From assembly GCA_964447495.1 (NCBI GenBank), contig CAYUTF010000001.1, positions 96,001 to 160,000 of the forward strand: a stretch of 64,000 nucleotides of DNA, read 5' to 3'. This DNA is from an uncultured archaeon. Its GTDB lineage: Archaea > Asgardarchaeota > Lokiarchaeia > Sigyniarchaeales > SOKP01. A model generated the notes under the pieces. That model made no database searches, was not told where the DNA came from, and worked only from the letters and a program-made list of their open reading frames with translations. This document shows positions 1-8,862 of the stretch, piece after piece. The stretch's first letter is position 1; the number at the start of each line of letters is the position of its first letter. The translations under genes were made by a program, and so were the position numbers.

Positions 1-1024
1 TTTGACTGGCTGTAGAAGCTATTTTATTCATATATTCCACCGAATTAATTGGATATTTACCTACGGCAGTTTCTGCAGAAAGCATAACAGCATCGGTTCC
101 ATCTATGACCGCATTAAAAATGTCGTTTGCTTCTGCCCTTGTAGGAACGGGAGTATTGGTCATAGATTCAAGCATTTGAGTTGCAACAATAACGGGCTTT
201 CCTTCTTTATTGCATTTATAAATAAGTTGTTTTTGCACAATTGGAACTTGATCTGGAGAAATTTCAACACCAAGATCTCCTCTTGCTATCATTATTCCAT
301 CTGACACTTCAAGAATCTGGTCGAAATTATCAAGGGCTATGGGGCGTTCAATTTTAGCTATCAATTTGATTTCATTGTTTCCATAATTCTCCAGAAGCTT
401 TTTAACTGTAAGCACATCGTCCCCACTAGATACAAATGATATCGCAACATATTCTGGATTTAAGTCTGCAATAAATTCAAGGTCCTTTATATCTTTCTCT
501 GTAGGAACTTTCTGTTCTAAATCACCAGAGGGGATATTAACTCCTTTATTATTGCTGATTAACCCTCCTGCAATTATCTCTCCGACAAGATGATCTCTTT
601 CCCTACTTTTAACTTTAATCTTTATTATTCCATCATTCACATAAAAATAATCATCTTTCTTCATTGATTTCAAAAAGCCTGGTAATGGAATGGCAAATTG
701 TGTATCATCTCCACCATCTTCCAGTTCATTTTCAAATATTTTTACTGTTTGTCCAACGTTCAAAATATATGCTTGATCGTCTTTAAACTTCCCAACTCTA
801 ATTTTAGGACCTTGGATATCTGCTAGTATCCCTACATAATTGTCAGTTTCACGGATTTTCTCAACTAATTCCCCTTTTTCTTCATGAGTACCGTGAGAAA
901 AGTTCAATCTAAATACATCGACTCCAGCATCTATTAACTTTCTGAGTACTGATTTCGAATCTGAAGCGGGACCTAAGGTGGCAATTATCTTAATTGGATT
1001 TTCATTAAACGGCATTATAATCAT
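1..1024 (-). CDS. pyk: Pyruvate kinase (3' end runs off the window; missing from ORF track)
   Basis: Manual translation from ATG 1024 (or 1015): [21 protein letters not shown]...VFRLNFSHG, later [10 protein letters not shown] and ATQMLESM, all pyruvate kinase signatures. Confidence 0.95.
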   Translation of the reverse strand, partial: MIIMPFNENPIKIIATLGPASDSKSVLRKLIDAGVDVFRLNFSHGTHEEKGELVEKIRETDNYVGILADIQGPKIRVGKFKDDQAYILNVGQTVKIFENELEDGGDDTQFAIPLPGFLKSMKKDDYFYVNDGIIKIKVKSRERDHLVGEIIAGGLISNNKGVNIPSGDLEQKVPTEKDIKDLEFIADLNPEYVAISFVSSGDDVLTVKKLLENYGNNEIKLIAKIERPIALDNFDQILEVSDGIMIARGDLGVEISPDQVPIVQKQLIYKCNKEGKPVIVATQMLESMTNTPVPTRAEANDIFNAVIDGTDAVMLSAETAVGKYPINSVEYMNKIASTASQ

Positions 1025-1106
1025 CTATCTAGTTTTTGTTTTTCTTTTCAAAAAAAAAAATTACAATAATATACTATCTTCTACTTCATTAATTACTTTT
1101 TTTGTA

Positions 1107-1547
1107 CTATTTTATGAAATTATTTAGTATCTCAATAAAATTTGATCTTAGTTTCTTTAGTAATTCTTTTGTCTCATTGATCCCAGTAAATTCATCAAGC
1201 TCTATAAGTAAAATCAAGCTCACTCTAAAATGTTTGGGATGAATAGAAAATTGAAGGATTCTAATGTTTTTCTGTTCTTGAATTATTTTTTTAGCTATTT
1301 TTACTAGTAAATCAGAACTCTGAGTTGCAAGCAAAATTGCTAGATAATATTTATTACGTTTTTGCTTTTTTTTCTCTTTGGTAATAATAAGAAAAAAATT
1401 TTTGAACTCGTCTTTTAGTTGATAAATATTCTTGATTTTTTGGATAATAATATTACCATTAAGTCGTTCGGATATTGAAGGATATTTATACTTTAATTTA
1501 GTCCCTTTGGGTATTAATTCTTTTTTAATTATCTCTGAAATATTCAT
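1107..1547 (-). CDS. Hypothetical protein
   Basis: ORF track 1107..1598. The ATG at 1547 (MNISEII) avoids overlap with the upstream AOR gene. No recognisable motif. Confidence 0.6.
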   Translation of the reverse strand: MNISEIIKKELIPKGTKLKYKYPSISERLNGNIIIQKIKNIYQLKDEFKNFFLIITKEKKKQKRNKYYLAILLATQSSDLLVKIAKKIIQEQKNIRILQFSIHPKHFRVSLILLIELDEFTGINETKELLKKLRSNFIEILNNFIK

Positions 1548-1573
1548 CTTTTTGTTTCCTTTTATTGTAATTA

Positions 1574-3550
1574 TTAATACAAATCTTTTATAATCCACTC
1601 CAGATCAAGCTTTTGTAAAGTCTTTTTTAATGGGTAGCCATTTTCTGGATTCCATCCCATTTCTTGGCAGTAGATCTTATAAAATTCTCTATAATCTACG
1701 GTTATTCCTTTATTCGGACCTTTAATATCAGGTGGTACTCCCACTACTCTTCCATGTAATTCATTATCACAAATATTTATTCCCTCCCTTATATTGAAAG
1801 CTTGTCTGAGGGTTTGAATTCGCAATCCAGATGTTATCAATTCTTCGATATCAACATTCCATCCTGTAAACGAGTTAATTAAATCAATAAGGGGATATGC
1901 CCCAAATTGAGGGGAAAAAGCACATAATCCCAAACAACTAATTATTTGATGAATGGCAGTGACTTTTTTTTGTGCTTTCTGCTTTCTCTTGGCACTTTTC
2001 TTCCATCTTATAGGGAATTTTAATTCACTAATAAATGATTTCATATTACCTATATCAAAAAAATCGATACTTGCTGTTGTATGTCGTCCAGGAGTAGGAT
2101 CATAAGCATAAGAAAAAGCTAAGGATTGCATCATTCTCGGATTATGCATAGGTAATTCAGAGCCTAATGATGTTATAGCATATCTTTCACTTCCTTTACC
2201 AATTTTTTGAGATGCTATTCTACAACCATCAGCTAATATATCACCAATACCTTCTCTATTGATTATCTTTTTTGTTAAAGCAACAATCGATTCTGAATTA
2301 CCCCATGTTAATTCTAATCCATCTGTATCACCTTTAGTTAGTAATCCGTTTTCAAAACATTCTATAGCAAAACCAATAGTCGCACCAGTAGAAATGGTGT
2401 CAATTGCTGCTCGATTACAAAGATCATTAATTTTAAAAATTGATAATAAATCATCATTTAATAAAAAAGGACCAAAAGAAGCACAAGTTTCATATTCAGG
2501 CAGATGCATCTCCTCGATTCCTAACTCAGGTATTTTTAAAACTGCACCACATTGAATTGGACAACTAAAACATCCATAATCTCTAACTTTATATTTAATA
2601 ATATTGGTTGATGAAATTTTTATTGATTTTTCGAATGGAAAATCGTACATTCCAATACCGTTCCAATTTTTTATAGGAGTATCCCCATTTTCTGCTGCAA
2701 TAGTATTTCCCGCAATAGTTCCAAGATGTCTATATACAGATCTGATGATGCTCGAAGGCCCTGACATTCCAACTTTAAGTCTTCTCAGTGTTTTAGCCAT
2801 ATTGGGTAATTGAAATAGAATGAATTTCATTGCTATTCCTGGATCTTTTATTTCAGCATTTTTATTGTACTTTTTTACATGGTTCATAAATTCTGTTTTA
2901 TTATGCATTTGAAGTTTCTTTTTTCCCACTAGAATTAGTGATTTCAGCTTTTTTGAACCCATAATAGCACCTAAACCGGATCTTGCTGCAATTCGTCCCT
3001 TATCATTGGCAATTCCTGATATTTTAGATACATTTTCACCTGCCCTCCCAATTGATGCGATTTTAATATTGGCTCCGAAATCCTTTTTTAATTTCTCTTC
3101 TGCTTTGATAATATCAATCCCCCAATACTTATCAGCATCTAAAATTTGGTGTTCATTTTCTCTAATTAAAATTATTTTTGGAGATACCGATTTTCCTTTT
3201 ATTAAAATCCCATCATATCCACATCTTTTAATAGCGGGTCCGAAAGTTCCCCCAGCATTTGCATCCCCCCAGGTATTGGTTAATGGAGATTTGCCTACGA
3301 CCATGTATCTACCGGTAAGTGGTGCTACTGTACCTGTTAAAAGACCTGGGAAAAAGCCTAATATTGAGTCTACTCCAAGAGGATCTGTGTTAGGAGGCAT
3401 ATTTTCATATATTAATTTGCATCCTAAGCCATAACCACCAATATATGCCTTATAATCTTTTTCGGGAATGATTTGCTCTTTAAAAATTTCATTTGACAAA
3501 TCTATCCACAATACTTTACCAAAAAGCCCTGAATTCATATCAAAAGTCAA
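1574..3550 (-). CDS. aor: Aldehyde:ferredoxin oxidoreductase family (W/Mo-pterin)
   Basis: KSPLT, DANAGG, ARSGLGAIMGSKKLK, GCFSCPIQC, PEYET, DTISTG motifs; 658 aa. Confidence 0.93.
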   Translation of the reverse strand: MTFDMNSGLFGKVLWIDLSNEIFKEQIIPEKDYKAYIGGYGLGCKLIYENMPPNTDPLGVDSILGFFPGLLTGTVAPLTGRYMVVGKSPLTNTWGDANAGGTFGPAIKRCGYDGILIKGKSVSPKIILIRENEHQILDADKYWGIDIIKAEEKLKKDFGANIKIASIGRAGENVSKISGIANDKGRIAARSGLGAIMGSKKLKSLILVGKKKLQMHNKTEFMNHVKKYNKNAEIKDPGIAMKFILFQLPNMAKTLRRLKVGMSGPSSIIRSVYRHLGTIAGNTIAAENGDTPIKNWNGIGMYDFPFEKSIKISSTNIIKYKVRDYGCFSCPIQCGAVLKIPELGIEEMHLPEYETCASFGPFLLNDDLLSIFKINDLCNRAAIDTISTGATIGFAIECFENGLLTKGDTDGLELTWGNSESIVALTKKIINREGIGDILADGCRIASQKIGKGSERYAITSLGSELPMHNPRMMQSLAFSYAYDPTPGRHTTASIDFFDIGNMKSFISELKFPIRWKKSAKRKQKAQKKVTAIHQIISCLGLCAFSPQFGAYPLIDLINSFTGWNVDIEELITSGLRIQTLRQAFNIREGINICDNELHGRVVGVPPDIKGPNKGITVDYREFYKIYCQEMGWNPENGYPLKKTLQKLDLEWIIKDLY

Positions 3551-3655
3551 AAAATTTCTTTAGTAATAATTAGTTTCTATTCTATAAGATGAAAATGTAG
3601 AATATAATTATTTAAATTTCATTATTCTTTAATTTTTGTTTTAAATAAATATTTT

Positions 3656-3882
3656 TAATAGAGACTACTCCGTTTGCATAAAAGTCGTAGCCTAATAGAA
3701 ATTCTGACAGATTAGAGCCACATTATTACGTCTCTTATTATTAGATATCGAAACCTATAAATATGTCGTTTTTTAGTAGTATAATGGCTGCAAAAAGTAC
3801 GGAAAAACATTGTCTAATATCGCTTTCATATAACTTTTTGATGAATTAAGGAAAACTTCAATAGGTTTAAGAGCGTATCTAA
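3656..3882. ncRNA. Candidate structured RNA or leader element
   Basis: Complementary blocks 3656-3665/3730-3740, 3741-3747/3876-3882, 3751-3758/3861-3868; crossing pairs 3669-3678/3789-3803. GC is higher than in the flanking intergenic DNA. Confidence 0.3.
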
Positions 3883-3930
3883 CTACTGATTATTTTTATT
3901 AAATTTATCATTATTTACAAGAGGAGATTT

Positions 3931-4146
3931 ATGGAAGTAGTACCTGCCTTAAAAGGAAAAGAGTTATCAGTTAATTTATTCATAGATTGGGATAAATATA
4001 AGAACAGATTCTATAATAATTTATATTTGGAAGATTTTAAAATTGTAATTAAAATGCCTCTAATTCATGAAAAAAAATTAGGAATGGATATAAAGATTAA
4101 GAAGTTTGACTTAACAAAGTATACTTATTTAATATCATATGAATAA
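3931..4146 (+). CDS. Small hypothetical protein (71 aa)
   Basis: ATG start preceded by GAGGAG Shine-Dalgarno-like sequence; fills an intergenic gap. Confidence 0.55.
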   Translation: MEVVPALKGKELSVNLFIDWDKYKNRFYNNLYLEDFKIVIKMPLIHEKKLGMDIKIKKFDLTKYTYLISYE

Positions 4147-4154
4147 GTTTCTAA

Positions 4155-4283
4155 TCATTTGTTTTTCTCGCTATTTATCTCCAATTTATTCCAACAGGTA
4201 AAACAAATATATTTTCCTGCTTCTAAATTTACAAGATCTTTAACAGAGCGAATCATTCCACATTTTACACATTTTCTTTTCAT
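4155..4283 (-). CDS. 42-aa CxxC/CxxC zinc-finger microprotein (not in ORF track)
   Basis: Manual translation MKRKCVKCGMIRSVKDLVNLEAGKYICFTCWNKLEINSEKNK*; lies just downstream of the RNase J-like gene on the same strand. Confidence 0.7.
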   Translation of the reverse strand: MKRKCVKCGMIRSVKDLVNLEAGKYICFTCWNKLEINSEKNK

Positions 4284-4345
4284 TTTTTGAGTACTTTCCT
4301 AATATATGTCAAAATTTAATGAAAAATGAAATTATATATCTTAGT

Positions 4346-5755
4346 TTATCCAAAATTAATTTTTTCGTATTTTTTTGGATTTAATATTTTAATGTCAAAA
4401 TCTTTTAATAAGGTTTCAAAAAAGTGGGGATTCTCTGTATGAATCGGGATTAGAATCTTGGGATTTACCTCAACAATAAAATTATAGAGATCATGTGGCA
4501 TTGCATGACCTGATGCATGAATTTGGTAAGAAGGTATTCCAAATTGCATTAGTTTTCTACTTATAGAATTGTTATTGTCTATATATTCTTCCGTATATGG
4601 GTCCAAGTGTGAGGAAATGAAAACTCCGTTGAATTTTGTAAAGAGCTGTTTAATCAAACTCATTGGCAATCTTGTTACATATAGTATGAATTTTCCATTT
4701 AACCTATTAATGTCCTGAGTTTTAAGAATTCTTTTTCCCTTTCCTGCTTTATATAGGTGAGTCCGAATTTTTTCTTGCCATTTAAATCTTACATCACCAT
4801 CCGCTATGATGAGAATATGATCATCATCGACTATGTTTGGATGAGTCATTGTAGCATATAATTTATCTTTGTTCATCAAATAATAAAAATAGGCATCTTT
4901 TTCTGTAATGATATAATTCCAACCATTCTTCTTTGCTATTACTGAATAAGTTCTAAATCTATCCCAATCTAATCTGTCGTATTTTACTAAGGCATAGTCG
5001 AAAGACATTTCTTTTAGCAATTGTTTCAAATGTTTTTTTACTTTATTCTCAGATTCCATTCGTCCTTGATGAACATGGGTTCCTTCACAAATTAGGGTTT
5101 TAACTTCAGATTTCTTAATTTCTTTTAAAAAATCATAAGTCATCCATGATAATGGTCCGTGCATACGAAAATCCCCGGTATATACCATATTTCCTGCAGA
5201 AGTTTTAATGATAAATCCATATGATGCAGGAATTGAATGATCAACATGAAATGGTATTATTTCTAAACCATTTATATTGATAATGTCTCCAGTTCGGAAT
5301 AAATTCCACTTGAGTCCCGTATAATTATTGATATTTGATCTTTTTGTGCATTTATAGTAAGCTGAAATAATTTTCTTTGTAAAAACTCCTGTATAAATTG
5401 GAATATCTCTGTTAAGAAAGGAAAGGCCTAAAAAATGATCTCTATGTGGATGCGAAATTAAAATTCCATCTATATTTGAGGATTTTTCTGACTTTTTGTT
5501 TTTAATTTTAATTGAATTTCTTTGATATAAGTTTATATAACCTAATTCTGCTTCATCTGGCATTAAACCTAACTTAATAAGTTCATCAACTGATTGAGGA
5601 GTTTGAGAATATTCATAATACTCATTATAACGTTTAATATTAATGCCAAAATCAATAAACAGTTTGACATTATATAAATGATCTTCTAGTAATACCGAAT
5701 TTCCACCGATTTCCCTTATTCCCCCACAAAAGGTTAAATCAACTTTAGTTGGCAA
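4346..5755 (-). CDS. Metallo-beta-lactamase/beta-CASP ribonuclease, RNase J-like
   Basis: GGIREIGGN, SHPHRDH, HSIP, YTGDFR, HASGHA, PIHTE motifs. Confidence 0.85.
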   Translation of the reverse strand: MPTKVDLTFCGGIREIGGNSVLLEDHLYNVKLFIDFGINIKRYNEYYEYSQTPQSVDELIKLGLMPDEAELGYINLYQRNSIKIKNKKSEKSSNIDGILISHPHRDHFLGLSFLNRDIPIYTGVFTKKIISAYYKCTKRSNINNYTGLKWNLFRTGDIININGLEIIPFHVDHSIPASYGFIIKTSAGNMVYTGDFRMHGPLSWMTYDFLKEIKKSEVKTLICEGTHVHQGRMESENKVKKHLKQLLKEMSFDYALVKYDRLDWDRFRTYSVIAKKNGWNYIITEKDAYFYYLMNKDKLYATMTHPNIVDDDHILIIADGDVRFKWQEKIRTHLYKAGKGKRILKTQDINRLNGKFILYVTRLPMSLIKQLFTKFNGVFISSHLDPYTEEYIDNNNSISRKLMQFGIPSYQIHASGHAMPHDLYNFIVEVNPKILIPIHTENPHFFETLLKDFDIKILNPKKYEKINFG

Positions 5756-5886
5756 ATATTTTCAGATTTTAAGCTAGGATTCTTATAATTAGGTTATAAC
5801 TAAACAATAATATTATAAGCTAAAATAATAAAAATTTAAGCAAAGTGGCAAATTTTTTTAAAATTTACTTATAAGAAGATACAGTC

Positions 5887-6308
5887 TCCTAATTTGTAAA
5901 AAAGAATCAATAAAAATTCTTTACTATCCTTTATGATTTATAGGAAAATTGCTCCTTATCATAATTAATCTGATTAAGATTAATAAAAAGGATAAGGAGA
6001 AAGGCTCCGTAATTTGAGCTAAATTTTAAAAGGGATAGAGAGAATTATACGTTAATATAAACGTATAATAGAGGGCGAAATCCAATGTTAAGCTCAAATT
6101 TTGGAATCCTTCAGTGTTACTAAATATACTATTTTCAAATTATTTAATAATTATATGGTCCGATTTTAATTTGTAGCACTAACACGCAAATCGAAAAATA
6201 AACCGACAAAAACTAGTATGTAATGAATGGATTTTTTGTTTTTAATTTATAAAGTAGGGCATTAGCAAATATAGGATTGTCATCCAATGAAAGCAGTTCA
6301 AATTAGGA
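5887..6308 (+). ncRNA. Large structured RNA candidate with RNase P-like features
   Basis: Perfect nested stems 5887-5896/6299-6308, 5952-5960/5991-5999, 6011-6020/6091-6100, 6044-6053/6060-6069. P4-like pairing of AAUUGCU (5947-5953, after AGGAAA) with AGCAGUU (6292-6298). Structure is well supported; identity is not. Confidence 0.5.
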
Positions 6309-6429
6309 AAGGAACATTATTTTTTATTAATTGAGAGTCGCAAGATTTTATTTTTTAAAGTTCATACTATCAATTCTTCAATAAAATATAAAGCAAACAT
6401 ACATAATTGGTTTTTGAGATAATTATACC

Positions 6430-7035
6430 GTGATTAAGATGTTTGAAAAAGAAATGGTTATGAATGGTTATAATACAATTGCAAATGACTATTATACTCA
6501 TAGAGATTTAAACAAATTTAATGAAGAATTGGAGAAAATTTCTACTCTGCTTCCTGGAGGAGGCCGAGTATTAGACGTCGGATGCGGGGCGGGAATTCCT
6601 ACTGCTAAATATTTGATTAAAAAAGGTTTAAAAGTAACAGGAATCGATATTTCAGATAAAATGTTAGAAATGGCAAAAAAAAACGTACCTGAGGGGGAAT
6701 TCATTAATAAAGATATGTTGCACATTGATTTTAGTGATAATAGCTTTGACGGAATTATATCAGTTTATGCTCTTTTCCATGTTCCAAAAGAAGAGCATCT
6801 TAAAGTTTTTCAATCCTTTTATAGAATACTAAAACCGAATGGAATATTGTTAATTAATACCGGAATTTCCGAATCTGAGGGAGTAAGTAACTTTTTTGGA
6901 GTGCCAATGTTTTGGAGTAATAACACACCAGAAAAAACATTGGATTATATTAAAGAATCTAACTTTTCAATTATTTTCGATGGAGTCTTAAGAAGAGGAG
7001 GAGAATATCAATATTGGATCATTGCGAAGAAATAA
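6430..7035 (+). CDS. Class I SAM-dependent methyltransferase
   Basis: VLDVGCGAG, GIDIS, FDGIIS, RILKPNG. Confidence 0.9.
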   Translation: MIKMFEKEMVMNGYNTIANDYYTHRDLNKFNEELEKISTLLPGGGRVLDVGCGAGIPTAKYLIKKGLKVTGIDISDKMLEMAKKNVPEGEFINKDMLHIDFSDNSFDGIISVYALFHVPKEEHLKVFQSFYRILKPNGILLINTGISESEGVSNFFGVPMFWSNNTPEKTLDYIKESNFSIIFDGVLRRGGEYQYWIIAKK

Positions 7036-7119
7036 CCTCACTTAGATATTTTTTCTTTTGAAGATTAGGTTTTTAATCCAAAAAATAAAAAGAAATATTA
7101 TTTCATTTAGAGTTATAAA

Positions 7120-7899
7120 TTAATCTCTAAAGCCATAATAAGCGTTAATGAAGAGCAATAACATTTCGCGGAGTGAAAGTTCAAACAGTCCAAATAAAGG
7201 AAGAGTATAATCTAGGTTAAAAGTATAGAACATTAGTCCGGTTGTTACCGCAGCAAATGTTAGGATTGATATTAAATTTCTCCAGGATTTTTTCCATAAG
7301 CTTGGTTTCCTTGTTTCAATTTTTTCAAGGATTTCATACTTAGATAGTGATTGATAATCAGGTATTAACTCTATCTTCTTTTTCATCTTTTTCTTCTGTC
7401 TAGAAAGGCCAATTGACCTAAAAAGCGTACCAATAAAGAAAACGATGACAAGTACTAAAATATCCAGTATCGTGTTTGTTACTTCAAATGGAACTTTCGG
7501 ACCATAAAAATTTATAATAACAGTGGCAATTAACAATACAACTAATAAAAATCTAACTGAATATTTTGGTAGGTAAAGTGGTTTCTTTTCTTTTTTTGTT
7601 TCTTCAGCATATTTTTCTGGATTTCGAATTTCTTTAATAAGTTTTATCTTATCTTCCCCAGTTTTTCTTGCTTCAAAATAAAAGGCAACCAAGAAAAAAA
7701 TGGAGTTTGTTATCATGCTTGGTATTTCTTGGTTAGTGAGTAAATAATTAAAGGGAAATGCAACGACCATTATGGTTATAATCGCTCTTACTGTCCCACG
7801 CGGAAAACCGAGAGGAAATTCTTCAATCTTGCCATCCTTACTAAATCTTCTAAATATACACCAAATAATTATGATTGTACCTAAAATCCAAGTTATCAT
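7120..7899 (-). CDS. Hypothetical multi-pass membrane protein with internal duplication
   Basis: About 7 hydrophobic segments; repeated motif PLGFPRGTVR / PLYLPKYSVR. Confidence 0.75.
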   Translation of the reverse strand: MITWILGTIIIIWCIFRRFSKDGKIEEFPLGFPRGTVRAIITIMVVAFPFNYLLTNQEIPSMITNSIFFLVAFYFEARKTGEDKIKLIKEIRNPEKYAEETKKEKKPLYLPKYSVRFLLVVLLIATVIINFYGPKVPFEVTNTILDILVLVIVFFIGTLFRSIGLSRQKKKMKKKIELIPDYQSLSKYEILEKIETRKPSLWKKSWRNLISILTFAAVTTGLMFYTFNLDYTLPLFGLFELSLREMLLLFINAYYGFRD

Positions 7900-8015
7900 T
7901 TTTGTGATTGAATATTCTAATTAGGATTATCAATAATATGAAACTTAACATTGATAAATTTAATCTTCGTTTCAAATTATTAGATTAAGATAGAATTAAG
8001 ATTTAGGATAGAAAT

Positions 8016-8831
8016 TTAAGATTTTGAAAAGCCGCCATGGTGAAATTCAATCTTATAACTTAAATCATATTCTTCGCAATAATCCTTAATATCTGCTTCT
8101 ATTAAATCCCACCTTGACCGATCAATTCTCAATTCTTTATAAATTGGCAATAAATCGGGAAAATGTTTCCTAATTATGTTTAATATTCGAGGAATATTAT
8201 GAGGACGAAAATTCAGATTTTCAAACATATAATCTTTTGTATATGCCATTGATTCTTGTATTATGTCTCTGAAATTAGTAATTCCTGGAAAAAAGGGAGA
8301 TATGAAAATATAGGACCTTATTCTATGTTCGTATAATTGTTTTATTGCATTCAATCTTTCATGAGGTCTTGAAGCGCCAGGTTCTAATAATTTAGCGACA
8401 TCTTTGTTTAGTGTACTAATGGATATGCCTACTTCAATATTTTCAAATTGCTTAAATAGATCAATGTCTCTGACAACGAATTTTGACTTTGTGAGAATGG
8501 TTATTTGAGCTTTTGTCCCAACAAGACTTTCCAGAATCCTTCTAGTATTTTGATATTTTAATTCTAAAGGAACATAAGGATCAGTTACAGAGCTAAGCAA
8601 TATCTTTTTCCCATTATATTTACTAGGTTTAATCTTGTTTAGGTCGAATTTCTTGACATCTAAAAAGGTTCCCCATTTATCACCTTTATGATTGGTGAAC
8701 CGAATCATAAATTCAGCATAACAATAAATACACCCATGCTGGCACCCAACATACGGGTTTATAACATAATCTATATCTGGAATATTACTTTGAACTATTA
8801 AGCTTTTAGCTTCTCTAGATTCAACTTTCAT
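8016..8831 (-). CDS. Radical SAM protein, spore photoproduct lyase-like family
   Basis: NPYVGCQHGCIYCYA (CxxxCxxC), SSVTDPY, ILTKS, LEPGAS. Confidence 0.88.
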   Translation of the reverse strand: MKVESREAKSLIVQSNIPDIDYVINPYVGCQHGCIYCYAEFMIRFTNHKGDKWGTFLDVKKFDLNKIKPSKYNGKKILLSSVTDPYVPLELKYQNTRRILESLVGTKAQITILTKSKFVVRDIDLFKQFENIEVGISISTLNKDVAKLLEPGASRPHERLNAIKQLYEHRIRSYIFISPFFPGITNFRDIIQESMAYTKDYMFENLNFRPHNIPRILNIIRKHFPDLLPIYKELRIDRSRWDLIEADIKDYCEEYDLSYKIEFHHGGFSKS

Positions 8832-8862
8832 AAGGATATTTTTACATAGATATTGATCAAGA

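Noticed and set aside
2-304. 100-aa plus-strand ORF from the track
   Set aside because: Antisense shadow of pyruvate kinase on the minus strand.
3656-3882. Moco/tungsten-cofactor riboswitch upstream of aor
   Set aside because: I could not find the conserved motif sequence on the minus strand; kept only as an unidentified structured element.
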